A program made the translations under genes and the position numbers. This document shows, piece by piece, positions 1 to 8,757 of a DNA stretch of 56,265 nucleotides. Location: NCBI GenBank assembly GCA_021791655.1, contig JAJYWD010000004.1:1-56265 (forward strand). Direction: 5' to 3'. Each line of letters starts with the position of its first letter. Positions within the stretch are counted from its first letter, which is position 1. A model generated the notes under the pieces. The model was not told the DNA's origin. It made no database searches and worked only from the letters and a program-made list of their open reading frames with translations. Source of the stretch: Nanobdellota archaeon. GTDB taxonomy: Archaea > Nanobdellota > Nanobdellia > Parvarchaeales > Parvarchaeaceae.

Positions 1-872
1 CCGTCTTCCCCTCATACAAGGGATACCCAGGAGATTATCTCATCCTCCCCGACCAGTCCCACGATTTCATCCTCACCAATGCCTGTCCCAACGGCACGGG
101 GCACTTCTCATCCACGGTGACCGTGTCGTACACCGAAGTCGGTCAGGTGTTCCCGGGGCCCTATCAGTCAACAGGGACGATATCGGGGAGTTCAGTCACC
201 CAATGGCCGCTGTACATGTCTTCGCTGGTCGGCTACTGGCCCTTTGATGAGGGCAGCGGGACTACGGCGAATGATCTGAGCGGGAGCGGAAACACCGGTA
301 CACTAGTTAATAGTCCGACATGGGAAAGTGCGGCCAACTGTAAATTTGGATCCTGTCTAAATTTTAATGGCGTTAACCAATATGTTCAAACGAATGGGCC
401 AGTCTTTAGCGGAACTCCTTCTTCATTTACTATGATTATGTGGTTTAAGAGAACTGGTGCAGCTGCTGCTTATGGGTATGTCCCAATCGCAACCAAAAGC
501 GATACTAGTTTTATTCTTGAGGTAGAACGTGGCGGTGATCAACTTTTCTATACAACATATGGTTGTGTACCAGATGTGCCATTGCCAAATATAGGCTCAA
601 CAAATGTCTCAGACGGGGATTGGCATGAAATCGGAATAGAGTATATCGGTGGAAAGATGTATCCTATTCTAGACGGGCAACTTGGAACGGGTGTTTCTAC
701 TTCTATTTGTTCGGTTTCTGGTAGCGATACCTTCGCATTTGGTGCACAGCCGTCGCAATCTCTGTATTCCGGTGAAAATGAACAAGATATCCGCTACTAT
801 AGCGGCACTGCCCTCTCTGCTTCAGCGATAGCAGCGCTCTACCAGTCTTCCGTGCCGGACTTCGAACACTGA
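1..872 (+). CDS. 3' part of pilin-like/LamG (concanavalin-like) surface protein; starts before the window
   Basis: Frame open from position 3 (VFPSYKGYPGDYLILPDQ...GQVFPGPYQSTGTISG), homologous to the N-module of 37899..38900; then LamG motifs LVGYWPFDEGSG, LNFNG, DGDWH, DIRYY..ALS. Confidence 0.85.
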   Translation, partial: VFPSYKGYPGDYLILPDQSHDFILTNACPNGTGHFSSTVTVSYTEVGQVFPGPYQSTGTISGSSVTQWPLYMSSLVGYWPFDEGSGTTANDLSGSGNTGTLVNSPTWESAANCKFGSCLNFNGVNQYVQTNGPVFSGTPSSFTMIMWFKRTGAAAAYGYVPIATKSDTSFILEVERGGDQLFYTTYGCVPDVPLPNIGSTNVSDGDWHEIGIEYIGGKMYPILDGQLGTGVSTSICSVSGSDTFAFGAQPSQSLYSGENEQDIRYYSGTALSASAIAALYQSSVPDFEH

Positions 873-915
873 TTGCACTGGATTTAAATTTCTTCACTGT
901 AACAGATTTAAAGAC

Positions 916-924
916 TTTAATAAA
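916..924 (+). promoter_or_regulatory. TATA box of cbf5 (probably leaderless transcript)
   Basis: TTTAATAAA ending 21 nt before ATG 945, preceded by purine-rich BRE-like AAAGA. Confidence 0.45.
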
Positions 925-944
925 CCGCCGTCAACCTCTATAGT

Positions 945-1952
945 ATGCCGCTGCCGTTCGAAGGAAAGACACATGAAGTGATCTCTGTTCGTGAAGAGAC
1001 CACGGATGAAAAATATGGCGTATACCCGGAGAAGCGGACTATAGAGCAGAAGATACCCTATGGGTTCGTGCTTCTCGACAAGGCGGCTGGCATGCGGTCT
1101 AAATCCGCAGCAAACGTCGCAAAACGGCTGCTCTCCGTGTTAGGCGTTAACAAGGTCGGCTATTCAGGGACTTTAGAATAATGAAGAAATCCCGGAGTCA
1201 CTGGCCTTTTACCGCTAGCCTTGAACAACGCAAACAAAGCCATTTCTATGCTCTTATTGGGCGGAAAGGAATACGTGGCCTTAATGCACCTGCACAAGGA
1301 AGTAGGCAATGACGAACTAACAACTGCCATTTCGAAGTTCGAGGGGAAAATAACCCAATTGCCGCCGGTTAGGTCCAACGTGAAGAGAGAATACCGGCAG
1401 AGAGAAGTGTACGCGCTTGATATCCTGGAAGTCTCCGGTAAAGACGTTTTACTGCGCGCAGAGGTCGAGTCCGGAACGTACATAAGGAAGTTAGTGCATG
1501 ATATAGGTGAGAGCCTCAAAGTCGGAGCGCATATGTCTGAACTTAGACGCACCAAAGTCGCAAATCTGACCGAAAAGGACAACCTTGTGACATTGCAGGA
1601 CATAGAAGACGCCACCTACTACCGAACAGAAGAGCACAACGACAAGTTTTTGTCATATGTCCTACAGAACATGGAAAAGGCGATAGATTTCATGCCTAAG
1701 GTTTGGGTCTCGGACTTTGCGGTTGATAGCATTTCCCACGGTTCGCCCCTTGCCGTGCCAGGGATGGTGAAAATTAACGACTTTGAGAAAGGAGAAATGA
1801 TATTTTTGTCTACGCTAAAGGGTGAGCTTATAGCTTTGGGTAGAGCGCTCGAGTCTTCTCAAGAAGCAATAAAAATGCACAAGGGGATAATAGTAAAGAC
1901 GGATAGCGTGATAATGCCAATCGGGACTTATCCGCGCTACATCAAATCTTAA
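945..1952 (+). CDS. cbf5: Cbf5 pseudouridine synthase, two exons (945..1176, 1189..1952), 331 aa after splicing
   Basis: ORFs 945..1181 and 1221..1952 are in one frame; removing 1177..1188 restores GYSGTLDPGVTGLLP; also Q.PPVRS.VKR, ESGTYIRKL.HDIG, GAHM.ELRRT and a C-terminal PUA domain. Confidence 0.93.
1177..1188 (+). other. 12-nt mRNA intron (AATAATGAAGAA) with BHB-type splice motif
   Basis: GGGA1167-70 pairs with TCCC1190-93; CTTT1171-74 pairs with GAAG1183-86; 3-nt bulges AG^A and AA^A; cleavage after the second bulge nucleotide gives GAT (Asp). Confidence 0.88.
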
Positions 1953-1953
1953 A

Positions 1954-2042
1954 GGGGTGGTAATATAGCTTGGTCAGTATGCCAGACTAGGGTGCCCATC
2001 ATAGAACTCTGGTAATCCTGGGTTCAAATCCCAGCCACCCCG
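1954..2042 (+). tRNA. tRNA-Pro (AGG) with 14-nt intron at 37/38 (1993..2006)
   Basis: Acceptor GGGGTGG/CCACCCC, D stem ATAT/GTAT, anticodon stem CCAGA/TCTGG, T arm CTGGG-TTCAAAT-CCCAG; spliced loop CT-AGG-GC; body resembles archaeal tRNA-Pro. Confidence 0.8.
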
Positions 2043-2129
2043 GTTTTTGTTATAATCGTCTGCTTCTTTGGATATTTTATGTATGGCCGTGCTACAAAAG
2101 CCTTCAAATAAAAAATTAGTAGTAGTGAT

Positions 2130-2258
2130 ATGACAAAAAAGAAACCCTACATTAACGATAAGATACAAACGTACGAGATGCGATATGCGCACGGTGCCGA
2201 TCTGGCACAAATCATCAGATTAAGCAAGATTGCTTGGTCAGCGTGCTACAGCAAATGA
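2130..2258 (+). pseudogene. Possible N-terminal fragment of a GNAT acetyltransferase
   Basis: 42-aa ORF ...YEMRYAHGADLAQIIRLSKIAWSACYSK*, fitting the GNAT beta1-alpha1 pattern. Confidence 0.4.
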
Positions 2259-2398
2259 AAGGGCGCTTATGTGGTAACACAGCGCCGAGTAATGAATGCA
2301 CCGCTACTGTAGAGGACCTTCGCATTTACAACACCGCTCTTTCCGCCCCAGCGATAGCAGCGCTTCACCGATTTTCCGTGCCGGACTTCGAACATTAG
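2255..2398 (+). pseudogene. Orphan C-terminal fragment of the LamG surface-protein family
   Basis: VEDLRIYNTALSAPAIAALHRFSVPDFEH*; 2349..2398 matches 823..872 at 42/50 nt. Confidence 0.8.
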
Positions 2399-2479
2399 AA
2401 AATAGCACCTACTGGTTAAGGCTACGCTTTTAAACGGCAATGGGGATAATTATTGTATCGGCGAATCTTTTGCCCATCT

Positions 2480-4180
2480 ATGAGAGCACTGTTTAAAAAC
2501 GCGTTGATAGCGACGATTGCGATAATCATAATAGTTATAGTGTCCACTCTTTTCGACTTGAAGGGCACGCTTATGTCTCTCGCGAGGACAAACCCAGTGT
2601 ACCTGCTTTTCGACGTGGCGGCGTTCGTGCTTTCCGTCACTCTGAAGATGCTTCCATGGACGTACCTAATAAGGAAGACGAAATTGAAGTTGGGTTTCTT
2701 TTACAATCTTCTGTTATTATACTCATTTCTAGGCTTCCAGGCCATCCCCACCGGCATGGGTGGGATAGTGCCCCTGAGATACCTAGAGAAGTTCAGGAAG
2801 AATTCAAGTCTTTTCTCCCCTGGGATAGCCTTGTCTCTGATACTTACTGGGTTCGTAGGTCTTGCCATACTCGCCTTGGTCACGTCGATTATCATCTCCT
2901 CGTACGTAGTCTATACAATAACGATACTCGCTGTGACATACATCATAAGTTCCCTTTTCGGGAGCAATCTCTTCCTTTCACGGCTGTTCTCGCTGTTCAA
3001 GCACACAAAGGTAGGCTTCCTGAAAAACGTTAAAAAATACACGCAGACCCTGATTAAGACGAGGGCGTTCTTATCGCAGAAAGACATAATAATAGAAACT
3101 TTCCTTTTCCTGCCCTCGCTGATCACTGAAAGCGCGATAATGTACTTTACTCTTCTAGCGTTCGGCCATGGCCTCCTTTTCGTGGACGTATTGTTCATAT
3201 TTGCCATTTCCAACATAATTGGCTCGATGTCATTGGCTCCTATGGGTTTGGGGGCGATGGATTTATCGTCTATCGCACTTCTACTGCTTTATGGAGTGCC
3301 GGGCATAGTGGCTGCTTCGACCATGGTAATCTTCCGCTTCTTCAATTTTATCCTGCTTATCTTCCTAGGATACGGTGCTTTCTCCATACTGGAGAACCTG
3401 AAGCCCGAGAGGCTCGACTTCGTCTCTGAGGGAGGCAAAAGCCCTTTACTTAACAAAAAGGGGGGCGGTCCGTTGATTTCCGTGGTGATTCCTACGTTCA
3501 ATGAGGGTAAGTACCTCGGAAACATGCTGAAATCGCTGAAAGACCAGACGTATAAGAACTACGAGATCATAGTCGCTGATGGGGATTCGAAGGACAATAC
3601 AAGGGACATAGCGAGGAAATACGGCTGCAGGGTGATAAACGTCAGGAAAAGGGGAATATCCCTCGGGAAGAACGAAGGAATGAAGCTTGCCAAAGGCAAG
3701 ATTGTAGGGTTTTTGGATGCGGACTTGGTACTGCCCCCAACGCTTTTCAAGGCGGTCGTAAACACGTTCATTCGTAATGGAAAAGTTGTCGGAGTCCAGC
3801 CCGTGCATGCCATCGACAAAAAGGAGATACCAAAGAAGGCGCTTTTGAGAATGAGGTTTTTGTGCTGGTTCATAAACACCAACACAAAGTTCAGCTTCGC
3901 CATAGGAAAAGCGGCAGCATCAGCGTGCGTTTTTGTCAGGGCTGATGCACTCAAGAAAGCGGGCGATTTTCTGGAGCACTTAGATGTACTAGAGGACCTG
4001 AACTTGTATTCCAAAATCGCCAAGTATGGCAAGTTCAAGACGACAAAACCGGCTGTCAGAATCTCATACCGACGCTTTCTGAAAAACGGCGCATTTAGTA
4101 CTATGCTAATCTACGCAAGGCACATGTTTCATGCCCTGGCGTCGAAAAAGGTAAAACAGGCGTATGAGCCGGTAAGGTGA
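2480..4180 (+). CDS. Flippase-like (LPG synthase TM/UPF0104) domain fused to GT2 glycosyltransferase
   Basis: Multi-TM N-half with P.GLG.MD and IFRF; C-half ISVVIPTFNE, EIIVADGDSKDNT, FLDAD; ATG 2480 preferred. Confidence 0.85.
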   Translation: MRALFKNALIATIAIIIIVIVSTLFDLKGTLMSLARTNPVYLLFDVAAFVLSVTLKMLPWTYLIRKTKLKLGFFYNLLLLYSFLGFQAIPTGMGGIVPLRYLEKFRKNSSLFSPGIALSLILTGFVGLAILALVTSIIISSYVVYTITILAVTYIISSLFGSNLFLSRLFSLFKHTKVGFLKNVKKYTQTLIKTRAFLSQKDIIIETFLFLPSLITESAIMYFTLLAFGHGLLFVDVLFIFAISNIIGSMSLAPMGLGAMDLSSIALLLLYGVPGIVAASTMVIFRFFNFILLIFLGYGAFSILENLKPERLDFVSEGGKSPLLNKKGGGPLISVVIPTFNEGKYLGNMLKSLKDQTYKNYEIIVADGDSKDNTRDIARKYGCRVINVRKRGISLGKNEGMKLAKGKIVGFLDADLVLPPTLFKAVVNTFIRNGKVVGVQPVHAIDKKEIPKKALLRMRFLCWFINTNTKFSFAIGKAAASACVFVRADALKKAGDFLEHLDVLEDLNLYSKIAKYGKFKTTKPAVRISYRRFLKNGAFSTMLIYARHMFHALASKKVKQAYEPVR

Positions 4181-5094
4181 AAAATATGGACCATACTGAA
4201 AGCAGCGAAATGTGGAAGCAGTTGCACTCCGGTGAACATATATTTATAAGGTCGTTGCAGAACCTCGGCTTGAACGTTCATGTCAGGAAAGCCGACACGG
4301 AACGCAGCGACGAGAGCGGTAGGGTGTATATAAGAGAAAAGGTGACATCCAACAAAATCTTTCTCGCACTAGAAGAGACGAATCATATAATAAACGCAGA
4401 TCTTACCGTGTCCGAGGAGAGTTTCAATGGCTTGGACGCAGCCGTGAAGAAATTCCCTAAGTTGCGATATAATGACCAGAGGATAGAGCCGAAAGATACC
4501 GTGAGGGTGGTGAGAATGGGCGAGTTCGACTTTTCCGCCTGCAAGCATCTTCACGTCAAGAACACAAAAGAAATAGTAATGTTTATGGTGACTGGCTTTT
4601 CGTATCTGCACGGAGAGACCGAAGTCCGCTTTCTGGCAGGCGAACCTGCTATAAGCCACTGCATCAAGCTGCTCTCTAGCGTAATCAAGACCGCTTATGA
4701 CAATAATTTTCAGCCGGAAATCCTAGGCGAAAGGTTCGAGAAATTAAAATCTCTGTGTTCCGAGTCCGACGGACGCGCCGAGTCGCTGTTTAACTCGCTA
4801 CTGGAAAGTAAAGGAAACGGAGTGGTGAAATTGAAGGAATTCAGCGTAAACAATCCTGCGAGATCACTGCACAAGTTTCTGGGCGTCCACAAGGCTGGCT
4901 ATCTGATATTATTGTCCGAAAAGCAGATACTGGGGCTAAGGGGTGTAGCTTCTAGCGAAAACCTATCCGTCATCGGAAAGGAACTGAAAGACGAGGAGAC
5001 GTTCATAGGCGATTTCTCGGAGGATCACATAATGGGCAAGGTAACTGATTATAAAAAGGCTGCAGAAATTCTCGATAAATATGGCAGAAAGTGA
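4177..5094 (+). CDS. AlaX-like tRNA editing protein
   Basis: Zn ligands HSGEH and CKHLHVKNTKEI, plus VRVVRMGEFD. Confidence 0.75.
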   Translation: MKNMDHTESSEMWKQLHSGEHIFIRSLQNLGLNVHVRKADTERSDESGRVYIREKVTSNKIFLALEETNHIINADLTVSEESFNGLDAAVKKFPKLRYNDQRIEPKDTVRVVRMGEFDFSACKHLHVKNTKEIVMFMVTGFSYLHGETEVRFLAGEPAISHCIKLLSSVIKTAYDNNFQPEILGERFEKLKSLCSESDGRAESLFNSLLESKGNGVVKLKEFSVNNPARSLHKFLGVHKAGYLILLSEKQILGLRGVASSENLSVIGKELKDEETFIGDFSEDHIMGKVTDYKKAAEILDKYGRK

Positions 5095-5659
5095 GCAGCT
5101 AGTTTCCATATCTTCTAAGGTAGTCGTGTGTACGCTGTGCGGCCTGTCGAAGTCCAGAACACACGCAGTACCCGGGGAGGGTGGCGACAATTCTAAGTTG
5201 TTAATCCTCGGTGAGGCCCCGGGAAGGTACGAAGACGCTTCTGGCAGACCATTCGTCGGAATGGCAGGCAAATTTCTGGACAAGTATCTCGAGGCAGCGG
5301 GAATAAGGAGGGAAGACGCATTCGTTACCAACGTAGTGAAATGCCGGCCGCCGAAGAATCGCAAGCCTAAAGACTTCGAGATTAAAGCGTGCAGGCCTTA
5401 TCTTTTAGGACAGATAAGATCTATAAGTCCAAGTCTAATTTTAGCGCTAGGCAAAACCGCTTGCGAAGGTCTTGACATCGATGTGGATAAACTTCTACAG
5501 ATAACAGGCAAAATAATGAAGATAAAATTTGGAGGAGAAGATTTTACCGTGCTAGCGGCATTCCATCCATCTTTTCCTATGCGCTTCAAATCGAAACGCG
5601 ACAGATTCCTAGCCGATTTGAAGGCAGCAAAAGCTTATCTGGACAGCGTTCAAAGTTGA
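5081..5659 (+). CDS. udg: Family 4 uracil-DNA glycosylase
   Basis: CxxC.L, GEAPG, GRPFVG.AG, NVVKCRPP.NR, HPS. Confidence 0.95.
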   Translation: MAESEQLVSISSKVVVCTLCGLSKSRTHAVPGEGGDNSKLLILGEAPGRYEDASGRPFVGMAGKFLDKYLEAAGIRREDAFVTNVVKCRPPKNRKPKDFEIKACRPYLLGQIRSISPSLILALGKTACEGLDIDVDKLLQITGKIMKIKFGGEDFTVLAAFHPSFPMRFKSKRDRFLADLKAAKAYLDSVQS

Positions 5660-5844
5660 AATGTTAAAGTAACTTGTGTTTTTGTATATTTTCTGTCAGA
5701 AATATTCAATTTTTACGCGAAAATCACCAAAATTGTTGCCAACGTTTATATGTGATGGGCTTCTTATAGGAGTATGTGCTATGAACGCTGGATTTTTCAG
5801 TCCATGCGTAAGCGCTAAGTCGAAAGAAATGGGGGTATAAAAAC

Positions 5845-6027
5845 ATGAAAGCAAAGTTTGCCTGCAAGGATATTGGGTTGGCGTGTGAATTCGTCGCAGA
5901 AGCACCCAGCAGAGAGGAGCTGATGCCAAAGATATCGGAACACGCAAAGGCGGCTCACGCGATGGAGACCATCCCTGACGACGCCAAGGCGAAAATTGAC
6001 GCAGCAATAATGAAAGAGGAAGAGTAA
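5845..6027 (+). CDS. DUF1059-family small metal-binding protein
   Basis: FACKDIGLACEF...EEL...EHAKAAH pattern; GGGGGT upstream. Confidence 0.85.
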   Translation: MKAKFACKDIGLACEFVAEAPSREELMPKISEHAKAAHAMETIPDDAKAKIDAAIMKEEE

Positions 6028-6064
6028 TCTCTCTTCCCTTTTTAGTTATTGTCTGTGACATCCC

Positions 6065-6365
6065 GGGATACCCAGGAGATTATCTCATCCTCCCCGACCA
6101 GTCCCACGATTTCATCCTCGCGAACGCGTGCCCAAACGGCACGGGGCACTTCTCATCCACGGTGACCGTGTCATACACCGAAGTCGGTCAGGTGTTCCCA
6201 TGGCGCAGCAATATACTAAGTGGCAATTCTTATGCTATAGGACAATATTATAGTACTCACTATTTTAACGACTCCATAACCCAAGTTGAATATTGGAACA
6301 CAACTCTCTCCACCCCAGCGGTAGCCGTGCTTTACCAGTCTTCCGCGTCGAATTTTGAGCATTTA
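6065..6365 (+). pseudogene. Start-less, internally shortened copy of the pilin-like/LamG gene
   Basis: 6065..6199 matches 20..154 (128/135 nt); then a different LamG end (YFNDSITQVEYWNTTLS); 6316..6365 is homologous to 823..872. Confidence 0.85.
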
Positions 6366-6453
6366 ACAACAGCAGCCAATATCGCATGCGTCTCCTGCAT
6401 TCGCCGTGTGTCTAATATATTTATTAATACGCAGACAAGGATTATTCGGTTAT

Positions 6454-7890
6454 ATGTGCGCAGAAAAGATAAAGTACAAGAAGGAAGAGAATATAATAGA
6501 GTGGTACAACACTGTATTGACCTCTGCAGAGGTGGCCGACTTTTCTTCTGTAAAGGGTTTCACGGTCTACAGACCCTACGGTTACAGAATGTGGGAAATC
6601 CTGCGGGATGCGCTCGATTACGACTTTAAAGCAGAGGGCGTGCAGAACTCTTATTTTCCGCTTCTCATACCTGAGAAACTTCTCAAAAAAGAGAAGGAGC
6701 ATGTGGAAGGGTTCGCTCCTGAAGTTGCATGGGTGACCAAGGGTGGGAATGCCGAACTTGAAGAGAAGCTTGCAATAAGACCGACTTCGGAAACTATAAT
6801 GTATGAGAGCTACTCCAAGTGGATAAAGAGTTACAGGGATCTCCCGCTGCTTCTTAACCAATGGAATACCGTCGTAAGGTGGGAGATAAAGGATACTAGG
6901 TTGTTTTTGCGCGGAAAGGAAGTGCTCTGGCAGGAGGGTCACTGCGCGTTCGCCACAAACGAAGAAGCAGAGCGAAACGCAGAAAAAATGATAAGGGTAT
7001 ACGCAAAAATCGTTAGGGAGGTACTAGCCGTCCCCTCTTTGGTGGGCATGAAGAGCGAATCCGAAAGGTTTGCCGGTGCGGTTAAGTCTTATACGATAGA
7101 GACATTCATGCCGAATAATTATGCACTACAGTGCGGGACGTCGCACAATCTGGGGCAGAACTTCTCTAAGTCTTTTGACATAAAATTCCTCGATGAGAAA
7201 AATGAGTGGCACCACGTTTTCCAGACGTCTTGGGGGCTTTCGATGCGTGCGCTCGGCGCCATGTTCATGCTCTATGGCGACGACAGGGGGCTGGTTTTGC
7301 CGCCGAATGTTGCTCCTACCCAGGTCGTCATAGTGCCTATACTCGGAAAGAACGATGAAGAAATATTGAAAGTATCTGCAAAGATAGTCGAAGAGTTAAA
7401 GAAAGAAGGACTAAGAGTACTATTGGACGATCGTACGAACTATACCGCCGGTTGGAAGTTTAATGAGTATGAGCTGAAAGGTGTGCCCGTGCGCATAGAC
7501 GTAGGACAGAAAGAAGTGGCTAGTGGTGAGATAAAATTGAAAATACGATTTACGTCGAGCTCTGAAATAGTATCACTGGAGAGACTCAAGGAAGTAAAAG
7601 CTGTATTGAACCGTGTACAGAAAGACATGCTTGAGAGCTCAGAGCGAAGACTCGCCCGCGTAATAAAAGAAGAGAGAGACAAAGAGTCTTTCATAACAAA
7701 CGTATCATCCGCTGCCGAAATTGCTAAAGTCGCCTGGTGCGGCAGAAAAGAGTGCGAGGCTGGGATAAAAGAGAAAACAAAGGCCGTTTCACGCGCTATC
7801 TCAATCGAGGGAGAGAAACTTATAGACAAGAAGTGCATTTTCTGCGGCAGAGATGCCGTGTGCGATGCATATTTCTCCCAATCATACTAA
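6454..7890 (+). CDS. proS: Prolyl-tRNA synthetase (archaeal/eukaryotic type)
   Basis: EHVEGFAPEVAWVT, RPTSET, LQCGTSHNLGQNF, QTSWGLS, C-terminal Zn site ending in SY; ATG 6454. Confidence 0.97.
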   Translation: MCAEKIKYKKEENIIEWYNTVLTSAEVADFSSVKGFTVYRPYGYRMWEILRDALDYDFKAEGVQNSYFPLLIPEKLLKKEKEHVEGFAPEVAWVTKGGNAELEEKLAIRPTSETIMYESYSKWIKSYRDLPLLLNQWNTVVRWEIKDTRLFLRGKEVLWQEGHCAFATNEEAERNAEKMIRVYAKIVREVLAVPSLVGMKSESERFAGAVKSYTIETFMPNNYALQCGTSHNLGQNFSKSFDIKFLDEKNEWHHVFQTSWGLSMRALGAMFMLYGDDRGLVLPPNVAPTQVVIVPILGKNDEEILKVSAKIVEELKKEGLRVLLDDRTNYTAGWKFNEYELKGVPVRIDVGQKEVASGEIKLKIRFTSSSEIVSLERLKEVKAVLNRVQKDMLESSERRLARVIKEERDKESFITNVSSAAEIAKVAWCGRKECEAGIKEKTKAVSRAISIEGEKLIDKKCIFCGRDAVCDAYFSQSY

Positions 7891-8385
7891 ATGGATTCTG
7901 TAAAATATTACGATTCTATAGCCAATAGCTACGAAGCGCTGTACAGGCGCGAGCAGGAAGCGAAAATACGCACGGCTATTTCGTTGGTCAAACCGCGCAA
8001 CAGCGATAGGATACTGGATGTAGGCGCCGGCAGTGGTATCACTGAGGAGATGTTGCCAGGATTTCATATAACCGCGCTAGAGCCGTCAAATCTGATCGAT
8101 TTACTCGTAAGAAAAGCCAAAAAGGGAGTTACTCCAGTGAAAGAAGAATTTCTTGGTTGGGACTCGAAAGGGGCTTTCGATGTGATATTCTGCATAACCG
8201 TGCTGCAGGACCTGAAAGAGAACGACAGAGATCAGTTTTTGAGGAAAATATTTGACATCTGCAAACCAGGCGGTAAGATAGCAATATCGGTACTGACGAG
8301 GTCTGGAATAAAATTAGACTATCGGAACCCACTTATTGTTAGGGAAGTGGAAAATGACGTGCTGTATATTTTCAAGAAGGCGTAG
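7891..8385 (+). CDS. Class I SAM-dependent methyltransferase
   Basis: ILDVGAGSG, FDVIFC, KPGGKI. Confidence 0.88.
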   Translation: MDSVKYYDSIANSYEALYRREQEAKIRTAISLVKPRNSDRILDVGAGSGITEEMLPGFHITALEPSNLIDLLVRKAKKGVTPVKEEFLGWDSKGAFDVIFCITVLQDLKENDRDQFLRKIFDICKPGGKIAISVLTRSGIKLDYRNPLIVREVENDVLYIFKKA

Positions 8386-8465
8386 GTGTGTTTTTAAGCC
8401 GTGAAAAGCTTATATTCTTTAGAGAGAATATCTATCTATAAAAATAACGTAAGAAAGAGGTTTTT

Positions 8466-8738
8466 ATGGCAGGTCCTACAAAAGGTGAAAAGGTTGATGC
8501 AAAGGTGATAATAGGCAAAACGGTCGTTGGTAAGAGCGGCAAGAAGATAGGCGTTGTGTCAGATTTGGTCTACGAAGTAAGGACTGGGGAGTTAGTATTC
8601 CTCTCTATAAAAATGCCATCCGCATACGCTAAGTCATTCCAGTTCGAGAAGGATGACAACGGAAACGATGAGATACCCTTCAACTCTATAGTGTCGATAG
8701 GCGATTTTGTCGTGGTTGCCGAAGAAGATATAATATAA
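8466..8738 (+). CDS. PRC-barrel protein (CdpB-like, possibly cell division)
   Basis: GKTVV...GKKIGVVSDL...TGEL and IPFNSIVSIGDFVVV. Confidence 0.85.
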   Translation: MAGPTKGEKVDAKVIIGKTVVGKSGKKIGVVSDLVYEVRTGELVFLSIKMPSAYAKSFQFEKDDNGNDEIPFNSIVSIGDFVVVAEEDII

Positions 8739-8757
8739 ATAATAACCCTAGGAATAA

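Noticed and set aside
853-867. 3' box reverse complement (GTTCGAAGTCCGG) as a tRNA-derived att site
   Set aside because: Only a loose resemblance to a T arm; it encodes the PDFE tail and no integrase is present
945-1952. cbf5 as pseudogene, split gene or readthrough product
   Set aside because: Readthrough of TAA TGA would not restore the Asp; the splice motif predicts exact repair and both halves are intact
20-6199. Diversity-generating retroelement TR/VR pair
   Set aside because: Mismatches are not adenine-specific, are mostly synonymous, and no reverse transcriptase is in the window
6162-6629. 155-aa ORF as a real gene
   Set aside because: It is the cassette fragment reading on out of frame into proS
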